Assembly: GCF_028368995.1 (NCBI RefSeq)
Contig: NZ_JAQNDL010000001.1
Span: 384,001-448,000, forward strand
DNA from: Nannocystis bainbridge
Lineage (GTDB): Bacteria; Myxococcota_A; Polyangia; Nannocystales; Nannocystaceae
Reading direction: 5' to 3'
Length of the DNA stretch: 64,000 nt
The position numbers and the translations under genes were made by a program. The notes under the pieces are model-generated. The model made no database searches. It worked only from the letters and a program-made list of their open reading frames with translations, and had not been told where the DNA came from. Shown in pieces: positions 1 to 11,661 of the stretch. Every line of letters starts with the position of its first letter. Position 1 is the first letter of the stretch.

Positions 1-1050
1 CCTCTCGCTTCTGCCAGCGTTCTCGGCCTGTTCCTCGCCTGCGGCGACGCCACCCAGACCACCAGCGAGGCCGGCGATCCGAGCGGTCCGGCGAGCACCG
101 GCGGCATGACCACCGGCATCGTCATCCCGCCGACCAGCAGCACCACTGGCAGCACCAGCGCCGCCGTCACCAGCGAGGGCCCCGAGAAGTACGACCTCCC
201 GCCCAGCGACACCGAGGAAGATCCGGTCGGCTGCGGCGCCGTCGACGTCCTGTTCGTCGTCGACAACTCGAAGTCCATGGCGCAGTACCAGGCCGCCCTC
301 GCCGACGCCTTCCCGCAGTTCGTCGACGCCATGATCGACAACCTGCCGAAGGGCGTCGACCTCCACGTCGGCATCACCACCACCGACTTCTACTGCACCG
401 GCCCCGGCCAGGCCTGTTGCCCCGACAACTGCCCGGTCGGCAACACCCAGTGCCAGATCGGCACCACCCCCGAAGAGGTCGAGACCATCGACGAGTACTA
501 CGTCCCGCCGACCAGCGGGGACAACGGGGCCAACGGCGCGCAGGGCCGCCTGTTCGTCCACGACGGCATGGCCTACTTCGGCATCAACACCAACGCCGAC
601 CCGGCCCCGCTCAAGGCGTGGTTCACCGGCGCCGCCACGGCCGCCGGCGAGCAGGGCTCCTCGCTCGAGATGCCGGTCGCCGCCGCCGCCTACGCCACCA
701 GCACCACCAACGCCGGCGCCAACGAGGGCTTCTTGCGCGACAAGGACGCCGTCCTCCTGGTCTTCTTCCTCACCAATGATCCTGACGCCTCGGTCGAGGT
801 GCTCTCGACCTACACCGCCATGGTCCGCGAGGCCAAGGCCGACTGCGGCGGCGACGCCTGCATCCTCACCGCCGGCCTGCTCAAGAAATGCGTCCCGGCC
901 GAGAACCAGAAGCTGTGGCAGTTCATGAAGGCCTTCGGCGAGGAGCCGATCTGGGGCGACATCGAGGACAAGGCCGGCTACGTCGAGGTGGTCGGCGAGG
1001 CCCTCGCCGCCACCCTCGGCGACGCCTGCATCCACATCCCCATCGGCTGA
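1..1050 (+). CDS. Lipoprotein with Ser/Thr linker and vWA-like domain (5' end outside window)
   Basis: Frame is open from base 1 (PLASASVLGLFLAC, lipobox), then a T/S-rich linker and DVLFVVDNSKSM, a MIDAS-like DxSxS motif. Confidence 0.75.
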   Translation, partial: PLASASVLGLFLACGDATQTTSEAGDPSGPASTGGMTTGIVIPPTSSTTGSTSAAVTSEGPEKYDLPPSDTEEDPVGCGAVDVLFVVDNSKSMAQYQAALADAFPQFVDAMIDNLPKGVDLHVGITTTDFYCTGPGQACCPDNCPVGNTQCQIGTTPEEVETIDEYYVPPTSGDNGANGAQGRLFVHDGMAYFGINTNADPAPLKAWFTGAATAAGEQGSSLEMPVAAAAYATSTTNAGANEGFLRDKDAVLLVFFLTNDPDASVEVLSTYTAMVREAKADCGGDACILTAGLLKKCVPAENQKLWQFMKAFGEEPIWGDIEDKAGYVEVVGEALAATLGDACIHIPIG

Positions 1051-1122
1051 TGCCTGTCCGCGAGGACATGCTCCGGCAGACATGCCCCCGCGAGCATGTC
1101 CCTGAGAACATGTCCTCGAGGT
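1050..1122. repeat. 14-bp-period palindromic array, 5 units
   Basis: CCTG/CATG cores at 1053, 1067, 1081, 1095, 1109; lies between convergent genes. Confidence 0.9.
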
Positions 1123-1181
1123 CCTCCCGCTCCTCGACCTCGCCGCCGCCTTGACCCACAAAGGCCCGGGCGGCCGCCGCC

Positions 1182-2333
1182 TCAGCGGTACAGCTCGCCC
1201 TTGAGCGCGAACACCCCGGACACCGCCACCCGCTCGTCGAGCTGGAGCCCGGCCTTGACCTCGACGCGCTCGAAGTCGCCGACCCCGAGCGTCACCTTGC
1301 GCATCTCGAACGTGCGCTCGCCGCTCGCCACGAACACGATCGGCGCCCCCTCGATCTGGATCACCGCCTGCCGCGGCACCACCACCGCGCGGCGCTGGGC
1401 CGACGCCGGGCGGATGTTGGCGTGGACCGCCTGGCCCGCGCGCAGCATGCCCGACGAGTTGTCGACGACCACCCGGACCTCGGCGCTGCGCGTCATCGGG
1501 TCGAGCGCCACGGCCACGAACTCGACCACCCCGGCGAACGCCTGGTCGGGGCGGAGCGTCGGCGTCAGCTCGACCGGGTCGCCGGGCTGCACGTGCAGCA
1601 GCTCGCCCTCGAACACCGCCAGTCGGACCCACAGGCTGCTGCGGTCCGCGATCATGAAGGCCGTGTGGCTCGGCACCACCGCCTGCCCGCGCGACACCTG
1701 CACCTCGACCACGTCGCCCGCGATCGGGCTCGTCAGCGCATTGGTCCCGAGCTTGTGCTTGCCCGGCGCGCCCGCCAGGGCCGCGACCCGCTGCCTGGCC
1801 GCCCGCAGCTGCGCCTCGGCGATCGCGGCCGCCGAGACCGCCATGTCGAGCTCGCGCTGCGACGTGATGCCCTCGGCCAACAGGCTCTGCTTGCGCTCGA
1901 CGTCGCGTCTGGCCGCGATCAGCCGCGCCTCCATCGCCGCGATGTCCGCCTGGGCCGTGCCGAGCTCCGCGCTGACCAGCGTGCCCAGCACCTGCCCCAC
2001 CTCGACCTTGCTGCCCTCGATGACCGCGACGTCGGCCACCCGCCCGGCGATCCGCGAGCCCACCGCGGCCAGCCGCTGGGCGTCGAACTCGAGCACGCCC
2101 GTCACGTGGACCACGGGGGTTACGTCCTCGTAATGCGCCGACACCACCGAGATCCCCACCCGCTCCGCGTACCCGTCCGGCAGCTCCACCACGCCCTCGC
2201 GGATCAGCGGCAGCTCCGGCGGCGCCATCCGGACGCGCCCAGCGGCCTCGCCGCCGCCGCAGCCCATCACCGCCGACAGCCCGAGCAGCAAGCCGGCGGT
2301 CCATCGTGCAGTTCGGGCGCAGATCGCTGGCAT
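1182..2333 (-). CDS. RND efflux periplasmic adaptor subunit (CzcB/CusB-like)
   Basis: Lipoprotein-like N-terminus, lipoyl half-motifs (SRIAGRV..V.V.EG..V; LTSPIAGDV), coiled hairpin, C-terminal GL..DERVAVSGVFALK. Confidence 0.88.
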   Translation of the reverse strand: MPAICARTARWTAGLLLGLSAVMGCGGGEAAGRVRMAPPELPLIREGVVELPDGYAERVGISVVSAHYEDVTPVVHVTGVLEFDAQRLAAVGSRIAGRVADVAVIEGSKVEVGQVLGTLVSAELGTAQADIAAMEARLIAARRDVERKQSLLAEGITSQRELDMAVSAAAIAEAQLRAARQRVAALAGAPGKHKLGTNALTSPIAGDVVEVQVSRGQAVVPSHTAFMIADRSSLWVRLAVFEGELLHVQPGDPVELTPTLRPDQAFAGVVEFVAVALDPMTRSAEVRVVVDNSSGMLRAGQAVHANIRPASAQRRAVVVPRQAVIQIEGAPIVFVASGERTFEMRKVTLGVGDFERVEVKAGLQLDERVAVSGVFALKGELYR

Positions 2334-2379
2334 ACGGTGCTCGCAGCTACTGTGGATCGCCGGCCGCCTGTTCCGCCGT

Positions 2380-2395
2380 TTAAGAAACGGTAAAG
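2380..2395 (-). promoter_or_regulatory. Candidate PmrA/QseB-type response-regulator box upstream of the adaptor gene
   Basis: TTAAG-N6-TAAAG (11-bp period), 47 bp upstream of the ATG at 2333; a similar site sits at 4249. Confidence 0.5.
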
Positions 2396-3534
2396 CCCGG
2401 ATCGCGCGAGGTCGTCAACCGGATCGTGAACCTGGCCCCGCCGCCCGGCGCCTCGCCCACGGCCAGCGTACCGGCGTGCCCCTCGACGATCCGGCGGGTG
2501 ATCGCCAGACCGAGCCCGAGGCCCGCGCGCCCCGGCGTACGGTCGGCCGTGGGGGCCGTCGCGCGCACGAACGGGGCGAAGATCCGCTCACGCTCGGCCG
2601 CGGGGATCCCCGGTCCCTGATCGTCGACGGTGACCACCAGCGCCTCGGCCTCCGCCTGCATCCGCAGCGTCACCGTCCCGCCGGGCGGCGAGTACGCGAT
2701 CGCGTTGCTCACCAGGTTGCCGATGGCGATCTCGAGCGCGTCGGCGTCGACCTGCGCCACCAGCTCCTCCGGCCCCGCGAACACCAGCTTCACCTCGGCC
2801 CGCCCCGCCGCCTCGGTCCAGCGCTGCACCGGCCCGTCGAGCCGCGCCATCAGCTCGACGCGCGCGCGCTTCACCGCTCCGCTCGCGCGCGCCAGCTGCA
2901 GCAGCGCCTCGACCAGCCCCGACATGCGCCGCACCTCGTCGAGCGTCTGGTCGGCCAGGCCCTCCCACTCGCCCGGCGAACGCGGTCGTCGGCGGGCCAC
3001 CTCGAGCGTGCTCGAGAGCACCGTCAGCGGCGAGCGCAGCTCGTGCGAGGCGTCGGCCGCGAATTGCCGCTGGGCCGCGATCCCGCCGTCGATGCGCGCG
3101 AACAGGGCGTTGAGCGCCGACGCCAGCGCGTCCAGCTCGTCGCCGGCGCCCGTCACCGGCAGCCGCTCGCGCAGGTCCTCCGCGCTCATGCGCGACGCCG
3201 CGGCGATCACCGCGTCGATCCGCGACGTCGCCCGGTGCGTCAGCCACCGCGCCCCCGCGATCGCCAGCACCAGCCCGATCGGCGCCGCGATCGCGAACGC
3301 CACCATCACCTGGGTCAGCAGCGTCTCGGTCGGGAACTCGACGGCCTCGATGCCGTCGTCGTCTTCCTCGCCCGGCTCGCCGTCGTCGTCGTCGATCTCC
3401 GCCGCGTCGCGCAGCTCGTCGAGGTACAGCACCAGCGCCGCCGTGGCCGTGAACACCAGCAGGCTGAGCCCCGTGGAGGCGCCGATCCAGAAGCCCAGCC
3501 AGCGGCCGAGCGAGCGCCGGCGCGGCGCCGTCAT
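2380..3534 (-). CDS. HAMP-domain sensor histidine kinase
   Basis: Two TM helices, HAMP, H-box ASHELRSPL, N-box NLVSNAIAY, G1 DQGPG, G2 GLGLGL; acidic periplasmic loop. Confidence 0.93.
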   Translation of the reverse strand: MTAPRRRSLGRWLGFWIGASTGLSLLVFTATAALVLYLDELRDAAEIDDDDGEPGEEDDDGIEAVEFPTETLLTQVMVAFAIAAPIGLVLAIAGARWLTHRATSRIDAVIAAASRMSAEDLRERLPVTGAGDELDALASALNALFARIDGGIAAQRQFAADASHELRSPLTVLSSTLEVARRRPRSPGEWEGLADQTLDEVRRMSGLVEALLQLARASGAVKRARVELMARLDGPVQRWTEAAGRAEVKLVFAGPEELVAQVDADALEIAIGNLVSNAIAYSPPGGTVTLRMQAEAEALVVTVDDQGPGIPAAERERIFAPFVRATAPTADRTPGRAGLGLGLAITRRIVEGHAGTLAVGEAPGGGARFTIRLTTSRDPGFTVS

Positions 3535-4199
3535 GCCTCCGTCACCCGCGCGCGGAACCCGGCCCCGCGCACCGTCTCGAGCGTGATCGGCAGGTCGGCC
3601 AGCTTGCGCCGCAGGTGCGCCAGGTGGACATCGATCGCATTGGTCCCGGGGTCGTGCATGTAGCCGAACACCTCGCGGAGGATATCGATGCGCGGCACCA
3701 CCTCGGAGCGGCGACGCAGCAGGTACGCCAGCAGCGCGTGCTCCCGCGGCGTCAGCACCACGCGCACCTCGCCGTGACGGACCCCGAACTCGTCGTCGAG
3801 CGCCACCTCGCCCTCCTCCACCGCCGCCCAGCGCGGCCCCCCGGCGCGGCGGGTCAGCGCCCGCAAGCGCGCCAGCAGCTCCGCGAACTCGAACGGTTTA
3901 ATTAAATAATCATCGGCACCGGCGTCGAGGGCCGCCACTCGCGACTCGACCGCGTCGCGGGCCGTCAGCACCAGCAGCGGGATATGCGTCCGCTCGCCGC
4001 GGAGCAGCCCCAGCAGCTCCATCCCGTCCATGTCGGGCAGACCGAGGTCGAGCACGATCGCGTCGATGCTGGTCGCGCGCGACAGCTCGAGGGCCCGCGC
4101 CGCCGTGCCCGCAGCGACCGCCGCGATCCCCTCCTCCGAGAAGCCCTGCGCGAGCGCGCGCACAAGCCGCTCGTTGTCTTCGATGAGCAAGATCCGCAT
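3531..4199 (-). CDS. OmpR-family response regulator
   Basis: MRILLIED, DLGLPDMDG, GADDYLIKPF, winged helix LRRKL..TVRGAGF; overlaps the kinase start by 4 bp. Confidence 0.95.
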   Translation of the reverse strand: MRILLIEDNERLVRALAQGFSEEGIAAVAAGTAARALELSRATSIDAIVLDLGLPDMDGMELLGLLRGERTHIPLLVLTARDAVESRVAALDAGADDYLIKPFEFAELLARLRALTRRAGGPRWAAVEEGEVALDDEFGVRHGEVRVVLTPREHALLAYLLRRRSEVVPRIDILREVFGYMHDPGTNAIDVHLAHLRRKLADLPITLETVRGAGFRARVTEA

Positions 4200-4248
4200 G
4201 TGCTCCCGCAGTGTACCGCCGGATCTGGCGCGGGCTGCGACCACCCGA

Positions 4249-4264
4249 TTAAGACCCCGTTAAT
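4249..4264 (-). promoter_or_regulatory. Candidate autoregulatory PmrA/QseB-type box
   Basis: Minus strand ATTAAC-N5-CTTAAT, 50 bp upstream of the regulator ATG; TACACT -10-like hexamer at 4215-4210. Confidence 0.55.
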
Positions 4265-4522
4265 CCGCCCGTACGCACGCATCGCGGACCTTCGTGCTGT
4301 CCCGATCAGGTCAGCTCGCGCAGGCCGTCCTCGCCGTCAAAATAAACTGTCCCAAAGGACATCTCCGTCCTGCCGCGGCCGGAGCCCGCGCATGAGCTCG
4401 TCCAGGGTTCGAGCAGCGCTGTTTCCAGAAAGTTTCCAGAAACTGCGGCCATGCGAGCTCGTGCGACCCCTGCCGCCCGGCCCTCGACCTGTCCTCGAGG
4501 ACATCTCAAGCATCGCGCCGGC

Positions 4523-6586
4523 TCACCCCCCGCAGCCGATCGGATAGCCCCCGCGCGGCCCCGCTGCGACCTCCGTCGCCGTGAACCCCGAGGTCCCGTC
4601 GCAGCGCGCCCGCCACAGCTGCGGCCTCGTCGCGGGCGCGTGCCACAGCACATCGTCGCAGCCGTCGCCGTCGAAGTCGCCCACGCACGTCGTCGCCTCG
4701 CCCGGCGGCGTCGGCACCGGCACGCGCTCGATCGCTGGCCCTCGCATCCGCCACAGCCATGCGCGCTCCGGCTCTGCCGACCACCACAGCGCCTCGTCTG
4801 CCCCGTCGCCGTCGAAATCGCCGACCTCCATCCGCGCCAGCAGGTCGCCCGCGCCCTCGCTGCGCGACCACCCGGACGCCACGCAATTGCCGTCCTCGCC
4901 CCACAGCCGGTCCGGATGCCAGCGCACCGTCGCCTGCGCCCGCGGGTCCCACCACAGCGCCTCGTCCACCCCGTCGCCGTCGAAATCGCCGACGCGACCG
5001 ACCTGCTCTTCGCCCGGGCGCAGCCCGCACGCCGGCAGACCTGACCGTTGCAACATGTCCCTCGAGTCATCTCCGAACGCCCACAGATCGACCGCGAACC
5101 GCTGCGCGTCGAGCCACAGCACCTGGCTGCGGCGCGCCCCCGATCCGCGACCCGGCGTCCACAGCCCCACCAGCGGCCAGCCGTAGCCGGCCGCGAAGCG
5201 GTCGTCGAGCGGCTCGTCCTCCACCCCGCCCGCGCGCCAGACCCACCGCGCGTCGACCTCCGCGCCTGGCCGCCACCACCACACCGCGTCGCCGCCGTCG
5301 CCCGCGAACGCCCCCACGATCGGCGCCGCGCTGCCCGGCGCCGCCACCCGCGTGCGCACGAAGCCCCCGCGACCCTGCGCCGGCGGCTGCCACAGCTCGT
5401 CCGTGATCTCCTCCGGCCCGAACATCAGCACCTCGGTCCGCCCGTCCGCGCCTGCCAGCGCCACCGGCCGCCACGAGCGCGGCGCCCGGCTCGGGCACGG
5501 CCCGTCGCGCATGCAAAGGCTGAACGTGCGCCGCGCGAACCGCCCCGCCGGCCCGCCGTACCACACCTCGTACGTCTCGCCCCCCGGCTGAAACCACACC
5601 ACGTCCTCGCGCCCGTCGCCGTCGACATCCACGCGCGAGCGCGGCAGCGCGTAGAGGATCGCCGCGCCCAGGCGATCGCCGCGCGACAGCCGGCCCTGCT
5701 TGCTGGCCGCCGAGATGCCCGGGCAGCGCGCGTCGCCCATCACCGACGCCGGATCGGGGTACGTCAGCCCGCGGAACTCGGTCGAGGCCGCGTCGACGCA
5801 GATCTCCCGCGACTGCTCGAACCGCGAGTGCTCGTGCACGAACCCCAGCAGGTGCCCGAGCTCGTGCAGCACCACCATCTCGGGCGAGTACATCTCGCTC
5901 ACCAGCGCCTCCGGCCACACCAGCAGCCGCGCCCCCTCGTCCTCCGGCGCCGTCGCCGGGAACGACGCCGACGCCAGCGGGCACCCGCTCGCCCCGCACT
6001 CCGCCGCCGCCCCCTGGCGCACCGTGAACGCCACCTGCTCCGGCGCTGCGCAGGCCGGAGTCCCGTCGAGCTCGGCGCGGTGGATGAAGTTCACCCCTGA
6101 CGCCCGCTCCCACTGCGCCGTCGCCAGCGTCAGCGCCGCGCGCGTGCGGGCCAGCAGCGCCCGGTCGGCGAACTCGCCCAGGCAGTACGCCAGGTCGAGC
6201 TTGCGCCCCACGTCCCACGCGCGGTCGAGCGTCCCGCGGCACTTGACCGCGCTGCGGTACGCTGTCTCTTCCGACATGTCCGAAAAACCATGTCCCGACG
6301 GCAGCAGGATGTCGCCCTCGATCCGCAGCCCGCCGCCGACCAGCACCTCGGGCGCCTCGCCGCCGCAGACCCCGTCGTCGGCCACCAGCGCCGCGCCCTC
6401 GCAGCCGCCGGCGAGCGCCCCCAGAGCCAGCGCCAGGGCCCGCCCCGCGCGCCAGCGGCCGCGCGCCAGCGCCAGCGCGGCGACCTCTGCCAGCAGCGCG
6501 CCCCGGTCCGACCGCTCCACTCGCCTTGCGATGCCCGACCCGGGGCACCCGTGCAACCCGTCGCCGTCACGCTCCCCGCGGCCCAC
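4523..6586 (-). CDS. Zinc metalloprotease (metzincin/M57-like) lipoprotein with FG-GAP repeats; start uncertain
   Basis: HELGHLLGFVH zinc motif, SVM Met-turn, IEGDI propeptide, several GDFDGDGxD repeats. Confidence 0.82.
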   Translation of the reverse strand: MGRGERDGDGLHGCPGSGIARRVERSDRGALLAEVAALALARGRWRAGRALALALGALAGGCEGAALVADDGVCGGEAPEVLVGGGLRIEGDILLPSGHGFSDMSEETAYRSAVKCRGTLDRAWDVGRKLDLAYCLGEFADRALLARTRAALTLATAQWERASGVNFIHRAELDGTPACAAPEQVAFTVRQGAAAECGASGCPLASASFPATAPEDEGARLLVWPEALVSEMYSPEMVVLHELGHLLGFVHEHSRFEQSREICVDAASTEFRGLTYPDPASVMGDARCPGISAASKQGRLSRGDRLGAAILYALPRSRVDVDGDGREDVVWFQPGGETYEVWYGGPAGRFARRTFSLCMRDGPCPSRAPRSWRPVALAGADGRTEVLMFGPEEITDELWQPPAQGRGGFVRTRVAAPGSAAPIVGAFAGDGGDAVWWWRPGAEVDARWVWRAGGVEDEPLDDRFAAGYGWPLVGLWTPGRGSGARRSQVLWLDAQRFAVDLWAFGDDSRDMLQRSGLPACGLRPGEEQVGRVGDFDGDGVDEALWWDPRAQATVRWHPDRLWGEDGNCVASGWSRSEGAGDLLARMEVGDFDGDGADEALWWSAEPERAWLWRMRGPAIERVPVPTPPGEATTCVGDFDGDGCDDVLWHAPATRPQLWRARCDGTSGFTATEVAAGPRGGYPIGCGG

Positions 6587-6784
6587 CCTCCAGGTCCCCG
6601 GCCGCCCGCGCGCCCGCGAGCGCCGAGATCTCGGGCCCGCCTCTCCACCTGTCCTGAACGACCTGTCCCATCCGCCAGCCGACGCGAATTCGGCGCCGCG
6701 CCGACGCCCCTATCGAGCCCTCCGCCCGCGCGCCCGCGGCACGCGAACAGGCGGCCCGCGCTCGCGCCGGCCGCCCGACCTTTC

Positions 6785-6868
6785 GGACCTGCCCCTTCGG
6801 GCCTGTCCCTTCAGACCTGCCCCCGGAGACCTGCCCTTTCGGACCTGTCCCCTGGGACCTGCCCGAAC
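6785..6868. repeat. 14-bp-period array, 6 units (RGACCTGYCC-N4)
   Basis: CCTG cores at 6788, 6802, 6816, 6830, 6844, 6858; an extra pair at 6648/6662. Confidence 0.92.
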
Positions 6869-6871
6869 GCG

Positions 6872-8683
<1,812 letters not shown>

Positions 8684-8756
8684 GGCCGCAGGGTAAACCC
8701 ACCTCGGCTCGCAGTACAACGCGCCGCGCGGCCTCTCCCTTGTCTCGGCCAGACCC

Positions 8757-9968
8757 GTGCTGCACACTGCCGCCGTGCCCGGTCTCGACGCCGCCCGCGC
8801 AGCCGCCCTCCTGGCGGACCTCGGCCCGCTGCTGCCGGGCCTCGCCTCGCCGGCGCTGGTCGTCGACCTCGACGCCGTCGACCACAACATCGCCGCCGTG
8901 CTGCGCCGCTGCGGCGACGACCTCGGCGGCCGCGCGGCCGATCGCTGGCGCCCGCACGTCAAGACCCTCAAGGCCGCCGCGCTGGTCCGCCGCCTGTGGG
9001 CCGCGGGGGTCTTCCGTTGCAAGTGTGCGACCCTCGACGAGCTGCAGCTGCTCCTGGAGGCCGCCGCCGAAGATGGCCGCGAAGACAGCCTCGACGTCCT
9101 CCTCGCCTACCCGCTGCACGAGGCCGCCTTTCACGCCGCGCAGCGCCTCGCCGCCGCCCACCCGGCCGCCCGCGTGCATCTGCTCGCCGACAGCCCCGAC
9201 CACGCCCTCGCCCTCGATCGCTGGGCCGGCCCGGGCCGCCCGCTCGACCTCCACCTCGACGTCGATCTCGGCATGGCCCGCACCGGCAGCCCGCCCGCGA
9301 TCTGGAGCGACGCCGTCGCCCGGCTTTCGTCGCTGTCACATCTGCGGATCGTCGGCCTTCATGGTTACGAGGGTCACCTCGCCTGGAGCCAGACAGACGA
9401 AGCCGCGGCCGCCTACGATCGCCTGTGCGATCTGGCCGCCGCGTTTGCTTGCATCGGCACCGAACCACTCGAGCTCGTCACCTCGGGCACCCACAGCTTC
9501 TCGGCCGCCCTCGATCATCCGCGCTTGAACGGCGGCTCCTGGCGCCACCGGATCTCCCCCGGCACCGTCGTCCTCAGCGACCTGCGCTCGCAGCCCGCCG
9601 CCGCGCTCCTCGGGCTGCAGCAGGCCGCCTACGTGCTCGCCCGCGTCATCAGCCGCGGCAGCGACCGCGTCACCCTCGACGCCGGCAGCAAGGCGATCGC
9701 CCCCGACCGGCCGGCCCCGAATTGTCGCCTGCCCGCCTGGCCGGGCCTCGTCGCCCTGTCGCCGTCCGAGGAGCACCTGCCGCTGCGGCGCGAGCACGGC
9801 GCGCTCCCTGAGCCCGGCGCGGCGGTCCTCCTCGTCCCCGACCACGTCTGCACCACCGTCAACCTCTACCGCGAGTGCCTGCTCTTTCGGTCAGGTCACA
9901 GCCCCGCCCGCGCGCCCGTCGGCGCCTCCGGCCACCGCCTCTTCTCCGCCCAGGACCTCCTCGCATGA
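8757..9968 (+). CDS. PLP-dependent D-threonine aldolase/D-serine dehydratase family (alanine-racemase fold)
   Basis: SPALVVDLD, RPHVKT (PLP Lys), GLHGYEGH, DAGSKA, SEEH, VPDHVCTTVN. Confidence 0.88.
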   Translation: MLHTAAVPGLDAARAAALLADLGPLLPGLASPALVVDLDAVDHNIAAVLRRCGDDLGGRAADRWRPHVKTLKAAALVRRLWAAGVFRCKCATLDELQLLLEAAAEDGREDSLDVLLAYPLHEAAFHAAQRLAAAHPAARVHLLADSPDHALALDRWAGPGRPLDLHLDVDLGMARTGSPPAIWSDAVARLSSLSHLRIVGLHGYEGHLAWSQTDEAAAAYDRLCDLAAAFACIGTEPLELVTSGTHSFSAALDHPRLNGGSWRHRISPGTVVLSDLRSQPAAALLGLQQAAYVLARVISRGSDRVTLDAGSKAIAPDRPAPNCRLPAWPGLVALSPSEEHLPLRREHGALPEPGAAVLLVPDHVCTTVNLYRECLLFRSGHSPARAPVGASGHRLFSAQDLLA

Positions 9969-11626
9969 GCGTTTCGCCTCCCTCGCCCGGCCCCGTCCGC
10001 GATCACGCCCGCGGCTGCGAGCTCGAAGTCCTGGTCGCCCCGCGGGCCGCTCGCAGCCAGCTCGTCGGCCTCCACGACGGTCGCCTCAAGGTCCAGCTCG
10101 CGGCCCCGCCGGTCGACGGCGCCGCCAACGAGGCCCTGCGCGCCCTGCTGGCGGATCGCCTCGACCTCCCCGCCAGCGCGCTCGAAATTGCCCGCGGCGC
10201 CACCGGCCGGCGCAAGACCGTGCGCGTCGCCGGCCTGAGCGCAGCCGTTGCGCGCGGCCGCCTCGGCCTCGCCGCCCTCGCTCTCGGCCTCGTCGCCCTC
10301 TCTCTTGGCCTCGTCGCCTGCACCGTCGAGGTCCCGTTCGCGGTCCGCGTCGTCCTGCCCGACGACTCGACCGACCTCAACCGCGCCGACAACCTCGCGC
10401 TCGAGCTCGGGCCTGACGCCTACTTCGCCAGCTACCCGGTCCGCGGCACCGACTTCGAGGTCGAGCTCGAGTTCGAGCCCGACGCCGTCGAGCGCACCCT
10501 CGCCCTCTACCTGGCCGATGGGACAGAATTGCTCGCCTGGGGCCGCAGCGTCCCGTTCGTGACCCTCGCGCCGCCCGGCGACCTGGCCGTGCTGATGGCC
10601 CGGCCCGGCGTCCTCTCCGTCTATCCCGGCGAGGTCGCCGAGCCCGACCCTGACCTCCTGGCCGTCCACGCGCCTGGCCGCGGCCTCGTCCTGATGAGCG
10701 GCTCCGGCGACCTCGCCCTGCTCAACGAGACCAGCTACGACATCGAGCTCGGCGCTCGCCTCTCGAACCCGCCCGAGCCTGGTGACGGCGCCTTCGTCGC
10801 CGACGCGCGCGGTCGCTTGTGGCGGGTCGGCGTCGCCGACGAGGTCGGCGCTGCCATGTACGATCCCGGCGACGACGTGTGGGCGGTCGCCACCGTCACC
10901 GGCGACGACATCGGCCCCCGGCCTGGCGCCGCCACCGTCGTCGGCGCCGCCCGCGATCGTCTCTACCTCGCCGGCGGCGGCGATCACACCGACCTCGTCG
11001 CGCTCTCGCTCGAGCCTGATGACAAAGGCGTCATCACCCTCGCGCCGGTGGCCGCGCTCGACGGCCCGCGCAGCGGGGCCCGTCTCCTCGGCATGCGGCG
11101 CGGCGACGACGAGATCGTGCTGCTGGTCGGCGGCGCCGGGGCCGACGCATCGGTCGTCTATTTCCCCGAGGGTGGCCACGCATTCGGGCCTGTCGGCGAC
11201 TGGACGAACATCCAGTGCATCCGCCTCGACGCCGACGAAGATGACGAAAAAGCAACCGTTCGCCTGCTCTGCCTCGGCGGTCTGCGCGGCGGACAGCCCA
11301 CCGGCGACGCGCTCCTGCTGCACGTGCCGCCGGCGATCGAGGCCACCGAAGTCGAGGAGCGGCCGGCCTTCCTCAGCGCCCCGCTCGCAGATCCCCGGCT
11401 CTTCGCGGATGATCTGGCCGTGTACGCTCAGGGCGCCGCCCAGTGGTGGCGGGTCGATCGCAAGGACTTCGCCGTCGAGCTCACCGACACCACGGCGACC
11501 CGCGTGAACGGCGGCCATTCCATCACCCTGGCGACCGGTGTTACCTTCCTGGTTGGCGGCCGAGACCTGGACGATCGCGCTGTCGATCGCTGGTGGATCT
11601 TCGCTCCCAGCTTGGCTCCCATGTAG
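9965..11626 (+). CDS. DUF167/YggU domain fused in-frame to a lipoprotein-like kelch/beta-propeller region
   Basis: ATGA overlap with the upstream stop; N-terminal VAPRA..LKV..APPVDGAANEAL..G.TGR.K; then a hydrophobic LVAC segment and GG/LVGG repeats. Confidence 0.7.
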   Translation: MSVSPPSPGPVRDHARGCELEVLVAPRAARSQLVGLHDGRLKVQLAAPPVDGAANEALRALLADRLDLPASALEIARGATGRRKTVRVAGLSAAVARGRLGLAALALGLVALSLGLVACTVEVPFAVRVVLPDDSTDLNRADNLALELGPDAYFASYPVRGTDFEVELEFEPDAVERTLALYLADGTELLAWGRSVPFVTLAPPGDLAVLMARPGVLSVYPGEVAEPDPDLLAVHAPGRGLVLMSGSGDLALLNETSYDIELGARLSNPPEPGDGAFVADARGRLWRVGVADEVGAAMYDPGDDVWAVATVTGDDIGPRPGAATVVGAARDRLYLAGGGDHTDLVALSLEPDDKGVITLAPVAALDGPRSGARLLGMRRGDDEIVLLVGGAGADASVVYFPEGGHAFGPVGDWTNIQCIRLDADEDDEKATVRLLCLGGLRGGQPTGDALLLHVPPAIEATEVEERPAFLSAPLADPRLFADDLAVYAQGAAQWWRVDRKDFAVELTDTTATRVNGGHSITLATGVTFLVGGRDLDDRAVDRWWIFAPSLAPM

Positions 11627-11661
11627 CCGTCCCTGCAGGCGGCGTCTCCCGGAGGCTCTCC

